Of a DNA stretch of 62,811 nucleotides, positions 1 through 8,536 are shown one piece after another. The notes beneath the pieces were generated by a model. That model did not search any database. It had not been told where the DNA came from and was given only the letters and a program-made list of their open reading frames with translations. The stretch lies in NCBI GenBank assembly GCA_020350365.1, contig CP070712.1, forward strand, positions 1 through 62,811. The letters run 5' to 3'. How positions within the stretch are numbered: the stretch's first letter is position 1; every line of letters begins with the position of its first letter. Made by a program: the position numbers and the translations under genes. Origin of the DNA: Thermoplasmatales archaeon (lineage in GTDB: Archaea > Thermoplasmatota > E2 > DHVEG-1).

Positions 1-579
1 AGTCATCTGCATGGCCATTACAACTTCCATTACCTCTTCTCCAGTAATAGGAGGTTTGTCACGTTTTCGAAGTTCATACAATTTCCTCATAAGACGTCTA
101 TTTTCATTGTAAACTTTTATTGATTTTTCTAGATCTTTTTCTGTAATTTTTTTACCAGTCCAGTCTTCAACTTCATTTTTGAAAGTACGTAATTCTTCAG
201 TTAAAAATTCATAAGAATGAGGACTTTGAACTTTATGCGGCATGCAAAGAAACTTCTCAAATTCCACAGGTCTATGTTTTATCCAACTTGTATATGCTTG
301 CCTAATATGAAGACAAGATTGAGCAATCATAAGACCATCCAAATACTTATATCTGTTTTTTAAGCCCTGTGCAAGACAATCACGACAGAATGGGCAAAAC
401 ATAGCAAAAATATGAGGTTCTGTAACATCCTGTGGTTCATGACTACCCAAAACTCTTACAGGTAAAACACCTGCAGCATACAATATTTCTTCAGGCACAT
501 ATGTACAAAAATAACCCATTACTTTTCCGCCTGTCTTATCCTTCCATTTTTTAGCATAATCATGTCGGTTTTTTTCCAT
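1..579 (-). CDS. 2-hydroxyacyl-CoA dehydratase / benzoyl-CoA reductase BcrB/C (BadD/E, HgdB) family subunit. Only the N-terminal 193 aa are present; the 3' end runs off the window.
   Basis: Not in the ORF track because there is no stop in the window. Manual reverse translation from the ATG at 579 gives MEKNRHDYAKKWKDKTGGKVMGYFCTYVPEEILYAAGVLPVRVLGSHEP...FCPFCRDCLAQG. The YFCTYVPEEI-AAG-PVR block is typical of this family. Confidence 0.7.
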   Translation of the reverse strand, partial: MEKNRHDYAKKWKDKTGGKVMGYFCTYVPEEILYAAGVLPVRVLGSHEPQDVTEPHIFAMFCPFCRDCLAQGLKNRYKYLDGLMIAQSCLHIRQAYTSWIKHRPVEFEKFLCMPHKVQSPHSYEFLTEELRTFKNEVEDWTGKKITEKDLEKSIKVYNENRRLMRKLYELRKRDKPPITGEEVMEVVMAMQMT

Positions 580-643
580 ATCCTTAAATTGTTCGATTAA
601 TTCTATTTTATTACCCCCTTTTTTTCCACATAAATAATCAATT

Positions 644-1087
644 TTACTTAAACTCAAGATTAATAAAACTACTTTTATCAAATCCAATGGATTTGAAAAA
701 TGCAATTAAATCTCCACTATCCCACTTAACTGTTGTATATACCTCATTTATACCTTCATTTTTAAAATATTTAATCAAAGCTTCACCTAGAGTTTTACCA
801 ATTCCTTTTCCCATAAATTTTGGATCTACTTCTATCATCTCAATCCAACCTGATCGCTCTAATCCAAATCCCCATTCCTTTATACAGCCAATTATAAAAC
901 CTGCAACTATTTTATCTTTATCAGCTACAAGGCATGTTTTAGGATATTTTTTAATAAAAGATGAAAAAAGGTCTTCAATTGGATATTCCATCACCTGACT
1001 TAGACCTTCTCTTACAACCTGTCTATGAATATCAGCTGCTTGTTTAATATCGTCTTCCTTCATAGATCTTATAGTAATTCTTGTCAA
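644..1087 (-). CDS. GNAT family N-acetyltransferase
   Basis: 147 aa. Acetyl-CoA binding block VDPKFMGKGIGKTLGEAL. TTG start a few nt after GAGGTG. Confidence 0.8.
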   Translation of the reverse strand: MTRITIRSMKEDDIKQAADIHRQVVREGLSQVMEYPIEDLFSSFIKKYPKTCLVADKDKIVAGFIIGCIKEWGFGLERSGWIEMIEVDPKFMGKGIGKTLGEALIKYFKNEGINEVYTTVKWDSGDLIAFFKSIGFDKSSFINLEFK

Positions 1088-1096
1088 ATCAACACC

Positions 1097-1234
1097 TCAA
1101 TCAATCCTGATAATTTTTACTTTTTTATCTATCCAATCTGGTGGGAGGTATATTCGACCACTATTACCACATTTCTTAACAATTTTTTCAAGCATCTCTT
1201 GACCATATACTTCAAATTTTGCTGGATTTACCAT
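1097..1234 (-). CDS. Small SpoVT/AbrB-like (DUF2080-like) protein, 45 aa
   Basis: Below the ORF-track cutoff. Manual translation: MVNPAKFEVYGQEMLEKIVKKCGNSGRIYLPPDWIDKKVKIIRID. The GNSGRIYLP..W..KKV motif is typical of AbrB-like swapped-hairpin proteins. The stop lies 9 nt before the GNAT start. Confidence 0.5.
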   Translation of the reverse strand: MVNPAKFEVYGQEMLEKIVKKCGNSGRIYLPPDWIDKKVKIIRID

Positions 1235-1300
1235 AAAAAACCCCACAGCTACAATATAGCTATATTTAAGCTATTTATAAATTTTTTTATGATTAAAAAA

Positions 1301-2536
1301 TTATCTATAATAATCTTGTTTGTCAAAAAGAAAAGTTCTACCTTGGGACTTATATTTTACACTATATCCTTCTTTTTTAAAGAAACTTTTTGCATATATC
1401 AACCTTTTGTTAATCTCATCCATAGGAATCTTTGGTTCGATACTTGCTGCTTCAGAACCTGATTTTGAAGAAAAAGGCATTAGTTGGCCAGCGCTGAATT
1501 TACAGTCTTTGATAAAGTCCAAGGTTTGTTTAAATTCCTCATCTGTTTCAGTTGGAAATCCTACAATAATATGAGTATGTAAAGATAGTTTTGGAAAAAC
1601 AGTTTTTAATCTAATAAGAGCATCCTTTATTTTTTCCTTATCATGAAAACGGTTCATAAGTTTTAAAATACGATTACTTCCAGATTGGACAGGAACGCCA
1701 ATACGAATTATTTTTTCTCTTTTCATTAAATCTTCCAGGTGATCAATATATTTTATAACCCATCTTGGACTTAAATTTGCAATTGAAATAAAATATTCAC
1801 CATCAATGCTTGTCATTTTATCTAATAATTCTGAGAAACTAGAACCTATATCCGTTCCGTAAGCACCTATATCATCAGCATTCATCATAAAATGCTTATG
1901 ACCATTTTTTAGTCCAAATTTAAATTCTTCTAAAACTTTTTCAAGGGGCTTGCTTTTGTGAGTACCAATCGCTTGTTTTATACCACAATAAGAACAATTA
2001 CTATTACATCCCCATGAAATCCTCATTCTATACATTGGTTCATCTACCATGATATTGTAGAAAAAGGAATTTTTACCATAAACACTTTTGAATATCTGGG
2101 TTTGAAAATTTACTAAGATTTTTTCTAACCATCCAATATTTCCCAAGAAATTCTTAACCGCTCCAACAAAATCTCCCTCATTTAAGTTAGAAAATGAGGC
2201 ATTTGCATCATCTACATCCCTAAATTTAACGATATTTTCTGGAAATAATTCATCCATCTTATCAGGGTCTTTATCCAGATCCTTTGTATTTATTGTTCTA
2301 CCCTGAAAAACAGAATTAAGTTTATCTTTTTCTATCTCAGGTAAACATCCACCAACAATTAACTCTGCTTCATATTTTTGAAATTCTTTGACCATGCGTA
2401 AAGATTCATCTGAAAGATGGTCAAATGCTCCACATGTTAAGAAAAATATAATATCAGCATCTTTTGGTTTGTTTACAATTTTGTAATTATTTCTTGCAAA
2501 GTATTTAGATATTCTAGTTGCATCAAGATATCTCAA
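1301..2536 (-). CDS. Radical SAM methylthiotransferase-like enzyme (MiaB/RimO/MtaB family). The true 5' end is probably at 2580 but is out of frame.
   Basis: CNSNCSYCGIK matches CxxxCxxC. MTTase N-domain cysteines are present (HTHSCKL in the upstream extension, FFLTCGAFD, VGGCLPE). See the frameshift finding. Confidence 0.75.
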   Translation of the reverse strand: MRYLDATRISKYFARNNYKIVNKPKDADIIFFLTCGAFDHLSDESLRMVKEFQKYEAELIVGGCLPEIEKDKLNSVFQGRTINTKDLDKDPDKMDELFPENIVKFRDVDDANASFSNLNEGDFVGAVKNFLGNIGWLEKILVNFQTQIFKSVYGKNSFFYNIMVDEPMYRMRISWGCNSNCSYCGIKQAIGTHKSKPLEKVLEEFKFGLKNGHKHFMMNADDIGAYGTDIGSSFSELLDKMTSIDGEYFISIANLSPRWVIKYIDHLEDLMKREKIIRIGVPVQSGSNRILKLMNRFHDKEKIKDALIRLKTVFPKLSLHTHIIVGFPTETDEEFKQTLDFIKDCKFSAGQLMPFSSKSGSEAASIEPKIPMDEINKRLIYAKSFFKKEGYSVKYKSQGRTFLFDKQDYYR

Positions 2537-2868
2537 TTTACATGAATGAGTATGGATGAATACCTTTTTCGTTTTTTCATGCCTCCCTATAATATAGATT
2601 TAGTAAAGCCCTAATTAGTATTTTTCATTTAAATGTTTGGTTAAAAATATAATTTTCATAAGAATCCAGTACTAATATAGGTATCTTTGTTTTTCCATTG
2701 GTTTTTTTATATTTTTAAAAAAAAATACGAAACATATCATAATTATATTAGTATGATAAAGAATCAAATAAATATCATCAAATCTTGATTTTCACCAAAA
2801 CATAAAATAATAGTTTAGCATACTATCAAAACTTAGTAATTACATATTCTTTAGATGGAGGAGCTTAA

Positions 2869-3612
2869 ATGCAATTCAAAGATAAATCTGCTATTATAAC
2901 AGGTGGAAGTATAGGAATAGGTGCAACTATTGCAGTAGAACTTGCACGTGAAGGTGCAAACGTAGCGATAAATTACCGCAAACATGATGCTGAAGCAAAA
3001 GAAGTTGCTAAAAAAATCGAGAAGTTAGGAAAAACATGTCTCATTGTAAAAGCAGATGTCAGCAATTATAATCATGCTGAAGGAATGTTTAAAAAAGTTA
3101 TTGAAGAATTTGGCAGATTAGACTTTCTTGTATGTAATGCAGGTATAAATAGAGACAGAGTTATTTGGAAGATGAGTGAAAATGATTGGGATAATGTTCT
3201 CAATGTGAATCTAAAGGGTTATTTCATTTATAATAAACTAGCTTCTGCACATTTTAAAGAGCAAAGATATGGCAAAATCGTTAACCTTACATCAATTAAT
3301 GGTCTAAGAGGAAAATTTGGACAGTGTAACTATTCAGCATCAAAAGGTGGAATTATCTCACTTACCAAAGCTCTTGCAAAAGAGGTTGGTAAATTCAATG
3401 TTAATGTAAACGCAGTTGCACCAGGAATGGTAATGACTGAAATGGCAAAAAACATACCGCCAGAATTCCTTCAAAAGGCAATAGATGAAACCGTTTTAGG
3501 TCGTATTGCTACAACAGAAGATATTGCAAATGTTGTAATTTTCTTATGCAGTGAAAAGGCTAAACATATAACAGGTGAGGTAATCAAGGTCGATGGAGGC
3601 CAATATATTTAA
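2869..3612 (+). CDS. Short-chain dehydrogenase/reductase, 3-oxoacyl/3-hydroxyacyl reductase type (FabG-like)
   Basis: TGGSIGIG, NAG and YSASKGG (YxxxK) motifs. GGAGGAG SD 5 nt upstream. Confidence 0.85.
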   Translation: MQFKDKSAIITGGSIGIGATIAVELAREGANVAINYRKHDAEAKEVAKKIEKLGKTCLIVKADVSNYNHAEGMFKKVIEEFGRLDFLVCNAGINRDRVIWKMSENDWDNVLNVNLKGYFIYNKLASAHFKEQRYGKIVNLTSINGLRGKFGQCNYSASKGGIISLTKALAKEVGKFNVNVNAVAPGMVMTEMAKNIPPEFLQKAIDETVLGRIATTEDIANVVIFLCSEKAKHITGEVIKVDGGQYI

Positions 3613-3627
3613 AAAGTTGGTGAAAAA

Positions 3628-4779
3628 GTGAAGGTAGGAATTGTTGGTATAGGTCATGGAAAATTTGGAAATCGGAGTGATGCAACAGTTCAAGAGCTAG
3701 CTTTTGAACCATTTAAAGAAGCAATAGAAGATGCAAATAATCTAAGAAGAGAAGATATCGATTCATTAATTGTCGGATCGGTTCCTGAATATCATATGCA
3801 GCGCTCACTTCCTGGAGTTGTTGCAGAATATGTAGGTATTAATCCAAAATCTACCTGGCTTACTGAAGCCGCTTGTGGGTCTGGAAGTGCTGCTATTAGA
3901 ACAGCTTATATGTCAATAAAATCAGGAATGCATGATATCGTTGCAGTAATTGGAGTACAAAAAATGAGGGAACTATCTACAGAGGAAATTTTAGCATTAA
4001 TGGGAAGAGTTGGAGATGTTCAATGGGAATCAATTTTTGGAACTACATTTCCTGGTTATTACGCTCTTTACGCAAATAGACACATGCATGAATTTGGAAC
4101 TACAAAAGAACAAATGGCCCTAGTTGCTGTGAAGAATCATTATTATGGTTCAATGAATCCATATGCATTTTTCCAAAAGGAAGTTACAAAAGAAAGAGTT
4201 TTAGGTTCAGAGGATGTGGCATTTCCAGTAAATGTCTTTGATTGTTGTGCTAATGCAGATGGTGCAGCATGCGTAATTATGACAAATGAAAAACTTGCAA
4301 AGAAATTCAATGACACCCCAGTATGGTTTGAAGGTCTTGGTTCAGCTTCAGCACAAATGTCTCTACTTAGAAGACCTAATCTTGTTGAAATTCCAAGTGC
4401 AGTTGAAGCAGCAAAGCAAGCATATAAACAGGCAAATGTAGAACCATCAAATATTTCAGTTGCAGATGTTCATGATTGTTTTACAATAGCAGAAATCATG
4501 GCATATGAAAACCTTGGTTTCTGTGAGAAGGGGAAAGGTGGAAAGTTCATTGAGGAAAAACAATCCTACATTGGTGGTAAAAATCCTGTAAATGTTGATG
4601 GTGGCCTTAAGGCAAAGGGCCATCCAGTTGGTGCAACAGGTGTCTCAATGACAACTGAAATTGTAAAACAATTAAGAGGAGAAGCTGGAAAAAGACAGGT
4701 ATCAGGTGCAGACATTGGACTTACTCACAATGTTGGTGGAATTGGCCAATATACATTTGTTCATATACTTAGGAGGTGA
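3628..4779 (+). CDS. Thiolase (archaeal/SCP-x-type acetyl-CoA C-acyltransferase)
   Basis: 383 aa. EAACGSGSAAI active-site Cys region, HDCF and NVDGGLKAKGHPVGATG blocks. GTG start. Confidence 0.85.
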   Translation: MKVGIVGIGHGKFGNRSDATVQELAFEPFKEAIEDANNLRREDIDSLIVGSVPEYHMQRSLPGVVAEYVGINPKSTWLTEAACGSGSAAIRTAYMSIKSGMHDIVAVIGVQKMRELSTEEILALMGRVGDVQWESIFGTTFPGYYALYANRHMHEFGTTKEQMALVAVKNHYYGSMNPYAFFQKEVTKERVLGSEDVAFPVNVFDCCANADGAACVIMTNEKLAKKFNDTPVWFEGLGSASAQMSLLRRPNLVEIPSAVEAAKQAYKQANVEPSNISVADVHDCFTIAEIMAYENLGFCEKGKGGKFIEEKQSYIGGKNPVNVDGGLKAKGHPVGATGVSMTTEIVKQLRGEAGKRQVSGADIGLTHNVGGIGQYTFVHILRR

Positions 4780-4784
4780 AAATA

Positions 4785-5204
4785 ATGCCATTCAAATATT
4801 TTGGAAAAATCAATTTTACTCCTTATACAAAGGTGGATAAATTTTCAGAGTATCTTCATAAAGGAAAACTAATGGGCAGCAGATGTAAGAATTGTGGCGA
4901 GATTTATTTCCCACCGAGAGCTGACTGCTTAAAATGTATGGATGATAAATTTGAATGGGTTGAGTATTCAGGAAAAGGCATACTTCATAGTTTTACAACA
5001 ATACATGCAGCTCCAAAGGGATTTGAAGATATTGCACCCTATACCTTGGGCATTGTTGACCTTGAAGAAGGGGGACGACTTATATCTTGGATTGGGGATA
5101 TCCCAGAAAAAGAAGTAAAAATAGGAATGAATGTAAAGGTTGTTCCGCGCATCTTTGAAGAAATACCTGAAATTAAATTATATTACACAATTGAAAAACC
5201 TTAG
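4785..5204 (+). CDS. DUF35 Zn-ribbon/OB-fold protein (thiolase-associated)
   Basis: CKNCGEIYFPPRADCLKC zinc ribbon followed by an OB-fold-like region. ATG 8 nt after AGGAGG. Immediately follows the thiolase; an alternative GTG start at 4776 would overlap its stop. Confidence 0.8.
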   Translation: MPFKYFGKINFTPYTKVDKFSEYLHKGKLMGSRCKNCGEIYFPPRADCLKCMDDKFEWVEYSGKGILHSFTTIHAAPKGFEDIAPYTLGIVDLEEGGRLISWIGDIPEKEVKIGMNVKVVPRIFEEIPEIKLYYTIEKP

Positions 5205-5206
5205 AT

Positions 5207-6343
5207 TTATTCTTTCTTTATTGGTTTTGGAAGTACTGCTTCTTTTAGTTTATCATCAAATGGATGACCCTCAGCAATAAGTTGACGATACTTAACAAAA
5301 TCAATTACATCCTTACCAGTAATTTTTTTATTGTTAAATGCATGAAATCCAAGAAATGCCTCAGTTGCCATATTTGTAGCAAGCCAATGACGGTTAGCAA
5401 GTTTTGTCTGATCCCAAAAGAATTTCTTCTTCATTCTGATGCCATCAATTGATTTTATTAAACAACCTGGCATGAGATTTGTATAAGTCCATACTATATC
5501 ATCAACAGCTTTATCCAAGAGTTTAAAATCGGTTGGAGTTGATTTTATAATCTCACGGGCTTTTTTGAATTCTTCCCCCTTTAAAAATTCTCCATAAACA
5601 ATTTCTCCATCCTCTACATACTTATCTATTATTACTGTTGGATTTCTAATGAATTTATTATCTTGTTTTAAAACAGGGACAACTTTGCTAATGAGACTTA
5701 ATCTCTTTGCTTTATATGCAGACCATAATTCACAAGAAATACAATTCCACATTGCATCCTCAATACAAAGCATCCAAGGCAGAAAATCAGTGGATCCACC
5801 ATCAGGTGCAGAACCATGACGTGGTCCAGCTTGACCATATATTGCTAAGTCTGACGATACTGCAATATCACAGGCCATACCTATTTCTTGGCCACCTGCA
5901 ACACGCATTCCATTGACTCTACAAATAGTAGGTTTTTTACAATTTAAAATTGAATCTACCATTGCATTAAATAAATCCATGTAAAGTCCATATTCATTTG
6001 GTTTACCACTATAATATTCTGCATATTCCTTAGTATTTCCCCCAGTACAAAATGCTTTATCTCCAACTGCAGTAAAAATTGCTGCAACAACACTTCTATC
6101 CATTGATGCTTTATGAAATCCTGCGATAACTCCCTTGACCATATCTGTAGTATAAGAATTATATTGTGCAGGATTATTAAGTGTAATCCATGCAGAATTC
6201 AATCCTTTTACTTTTTTTCCCTCATTGTCGATAACAGGTTTCAATTCATAAATTATACCTGGTGAATCACGACTAAAATATTCTTTTCCCCACAAATCAT
6301 GATTCTTTATTTCATTATCTTTTGGTAACCAATCTAATGACAT
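5207..6343 (-). CDS. bamA: 6-oxocyclohex-1-ene-1-carbonyl-CoA hydrolase (ring-cleaving crotonase, BamA/Oah)
   Basis: 378 aa, long for a crotonase. Contains NNPAQYNSYTTDMVKG, AFCTGGNTKEYAEYY, RVNGMRVAGGQEIGMACD and YGQAGPRHGSAPDGGSTDFLP. Confidence 0.8.
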   Translation of the reverse strand: MSLDWLPKDNEIKNHDLWGKEYFSRDSPGIIYELKPVIDNEGKKVKGLNSAWITLNNPAQYNSYTTDMVKGVIAGFHKASMDRSVVAAIFTAVGDKAFCTGGNTKEYAEYYSGKPNEYGLYMDLFNAMVDSILNCKKPTICRVNGMRVAGGQEIGMACDIAVSSDLAIYGQAGPRHGSAPDGGSTDFLPWMLCIEDAMWNCISCELWSAYKAKRLSLISKVVPVLKQDNKFIRNPTVIIDKYVEDGEIVYGEFLKGEEFKKAREIIKSTPTDFKLLDKAVDDIVWTYTNLMPGCLIKSIDGIRMKKKFFWDQTKLANRHWLATNMATEAFLGFHAFNNKKITGKDVIDFVKYRQLIAEGHPFDDKLKEAVLPKPIKKE

Positions 6344-6477
6344 TTTTATCCTCCCTTAAAGTAGAATAGTAGAGCAGAATGAGGATTACATTATTTATAT
6401 CTTTTTTAATTAAAAACTCCTTCAAATAAATAAGATTATATACCCTTCATCTTATGACAGAATAAGGGGAGAAAGTT

Positions 6478-7650
6478 ATGAAAGCTGCCGTTTTATATGG
6501 AAAGGAAGAGTTGAATATCGTTCCTGATTTTGAAGATCCTGTTATCAAAGAATCAGATGTTCTTGTAAAGTCAAAATACACTGGGTTATGCAGTACAGAT
6601 CGCACTCTGTATCGTGGTTTTGTTCCATTCAAACCACCACTAATTATTGGTCATGAAATCGCTGGTGTTGTCGAGGAACTTGGTAAATCTGCAAAAGGAC
6701 TTGATGTTGGTGATCATGTAATTATTCCACCAGTATTCCCTGGTTGTGAAGATGAAAATTGTCCAGCATGCAAAGAGGGACTTACTAACAGATGTAAAAA
6801 TTCTGTATTTATTGGTCATGGAGTTCATGGTGGAGATGCAGAATTAATTGCTGTTCCTTCAAAATATACATTCAAAATTAAAGACAGTGTCCCATTGGAG
6901 GAAGCATGTATTATTCCAGATGCAGTCTCAACTCCATTTCATGCATTAAAAAGTAGATCTGTTCCACCTCATATTATTAAAAACACTCTAAACTCAAGCA
7001 AGCTATTTGATCAAAAGACTCATTGGTTAAAAGGAAAAAATGTAGTGGTTTTTGGAGTTGGAGGAGTTGGTGGACCAACAGTAAACCTTGCTGCAAAATA
7101 TTTCCAAGCAAAAAATGTCCTTGCAGTTGACATTTTTGATAACAAGCTTGATTTTGCAAAAAAACTAGGTGCTACCCAAACTGTTAATTCAAAATCCTAT
7201 TTTGAAGAAAATAACATTAAATTTAATGAACTAACTGGACGAGATAAAGCAAAAGCAATATCTGGTCTGGCAAGACATATTAGTTCTCATTTTGCAGAAG
7301 ATAAATTCCAGGTCGATTGTGTACTTGATTGTTCTGGTGTTTCTGATACTTTTCCGATGGCAGTTGAAACTGTTAGCAAAAATCGAACTGTTATTCAAGT
7401 TGGTTGGCCACCAAAACCTGTTCAAGAATTTCTGAACCAGAAAATCATGGATAAATATCTATCAATAAATGGAACCTGGGCCTGTCCGATGAACGAGTTG
7501 GATGAAAATGTAAAAGCTGTAGAAGATGGAATTGTGGATTTAGATTTACTAGTGACTAACAAGGATTATAAGTTGGATAGTTTGGAAAATGCGATACATG
7601 ATCTTGAAGCAGGGAAAATTCTTGGGAGAGCAACAATTTGTATTGAATAA
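6478..7650 (+). CDS. Zn-dependent alcohol dehydrogenase family. Candidate 6-hydroxycyclohex-1-ene-1-carbonyl-CoA dehydrogenase (Had-like).
   Basis: GHEIAGVV catalytic Zn site, structural Zn cysteines CEDENCPACKEGLTNRC, GVGGVGG Rossmann motif. Divergent from bamA. Confidence 0.6.
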   Translation: MKAAVLYGKEELNIVPDFEDPVIKESDVLVKSKYTGLCSTDRTLYRGFVPFKPPLIIGHEIAGVVEELGKSAKGLDVGDHVIIPPVFPGCEDENCPACKEGLTNRCKNSVFIGHGVHGGDAELIAVPSKYTFKIKDSVPLEEACIIPDAVSTPFHALKSRSVPPHIIKNTLNSSKLFDQKTHWLKGKNVVVFGVGGVGGPTVNLAAKYFQAKNVLAVDIFDNKLDFAKKLGATQTVNSKSYFEENNIKFNELTGRDKAKAISGLARHISSHFAEDKFQVDCVLDCSGVSDTFPMAVETVSKNRTVIQVGWPPKPVQEFLNQKIMDKYLSINGTWACPMNELDENVKAVEDGIVDLDLLVTNKDYKLDSLENAIHDLEAGKILGRATICIE

Positions 7651-7666
7651 TTTGAGGTGTTTGATT

Positions 7667-8434
7667 ATGACATATAAAACAATAATTGTTGATGAAAAAG
7701 ATATGATTGGTAGAATTACATTCAATGTTCCGCCATTAAATATTCTAAATATCGAAATGATGGAGGAGATCAACCAGGCATTAAAGGAATTTCTAAAGAA
7801 GAATTTAAAAGTTTTAATTTTAGATGCGAAAGGTAAGGCATTCTCAGCAGGTGTTGATGTATCTGATCATACTAAAGAAAAAGTTGCTAAAATGATACAA
7901 GTCTTTCATGAAATTTTTACCAATCTTTACAAAATCAATGCACCAACCGTTGCACTTGTAAATGGGGCTGCTCTTGGTGGTGGTTGTGAGGTTGCAACAT
8001 TTTGTGACATTGTAATTGCTTCAGAAAAATCAAAGTTTGGACAACCTGAAATTAAAGTGGGAGTATTTCCGCCAATAGCTGCAGCAATATTTCCCAAGTT
8101 AATGTGGAGTAAAAAAGCACTTGAGCTTATTATTACAGGTGATGTAATAAGTGCAAATGAAGCAAAGGACCTTGGTCTTGTTAATCATGTTCTCCCTGTT
8201 GATAATTTTGAAATAGAATCTGAAAAACTAATTAATGAAAAACTTGCAAGCAACAGTGCAATTGTTCTTCAGCTTACAAAAAGGGCGTTTATAGAAGGAG
8301 CTAAAAATAATTATTCTGAATCTATCAAGATAATTGAAGATATTTACCTCAACAATCTTATGAAAACTAACGATGCAAATGAGGGACTTACTGCTTTTCT
8401 AGAAAAAAGACAACCCGTTTGGAAAAACAAATAA
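7667..8434 (+). CDS. Enoyl-CoA hydratase/crotonase. Candidate cyclohexa-1,5-diene-1-carbonyl-CoA hydratase (Dch-like).
   Basis: 255 aa from the ATG at 7667 (GAGGTG SD upstream). KAFSAGVDV and GAALGGGCE oxyanion-hole blocks. The track start at 7589 overlaps the upstream ADH. Confidence 0.6.
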   Translation: MTYKTIIVDEKDMIGRITFNVPPLNILNIEMMEEINQALKEFLKKNLKVLILDAKGKAFSAGVDVSDHTKEKVAKMIQVFHEIFTNLYKINAPTVALVNGAALGGGCEVATFCDIVIASEKSKFGQPEIKVGVFPPIAAAIFPKLMWSKKALELIITGDVISANEAKDLGLVNHVLPVDNFEIESEKLINEKLASNSAIVLQLTKRAFIEGAKNNYSESIKIIEDIYLNNLMKTNDANEGLTAFLEKRQPVWKNK

Positions 8435-8536
8435 TTTTTCTACCATAATTTTCTGTTACTTTTTTAAATAGTTTTAGCATAGTATTTATATATTGTTTAT
8501 TCTATAGTTATAATAATAAGATAGTGGAGTAATATA

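Noticed and set aside
1097-1234. Treating the DUF2080-like small gene as evidence of a mobile element.
   Set aside because: There is no transposase, integrase, terminal inverted repeat or target duplication nearby. The family nickname alone is not evidence.
2581-2868. Short inverted repeats in AT-rich promoter regions, such as TATCATA...TATGATA here and CTTAT...ATAAG in 6344-6477, as possible operator sites.
   Set aside because: The arms are only 5-7 nt of A/T-rich sequence. The expected chance frequency is high and there is no linked regulator.
7589-7666. The track start at 7589 for the crotonase, overlapping the ADH gene by 62 nt.
   Set aside because: The ATG at 7667 follows a GAGGTG SD and gives a normal crotonase N-terminus (MTYKTIIVDEKD). 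The upstream extension is out-of-frame ADH sequence.
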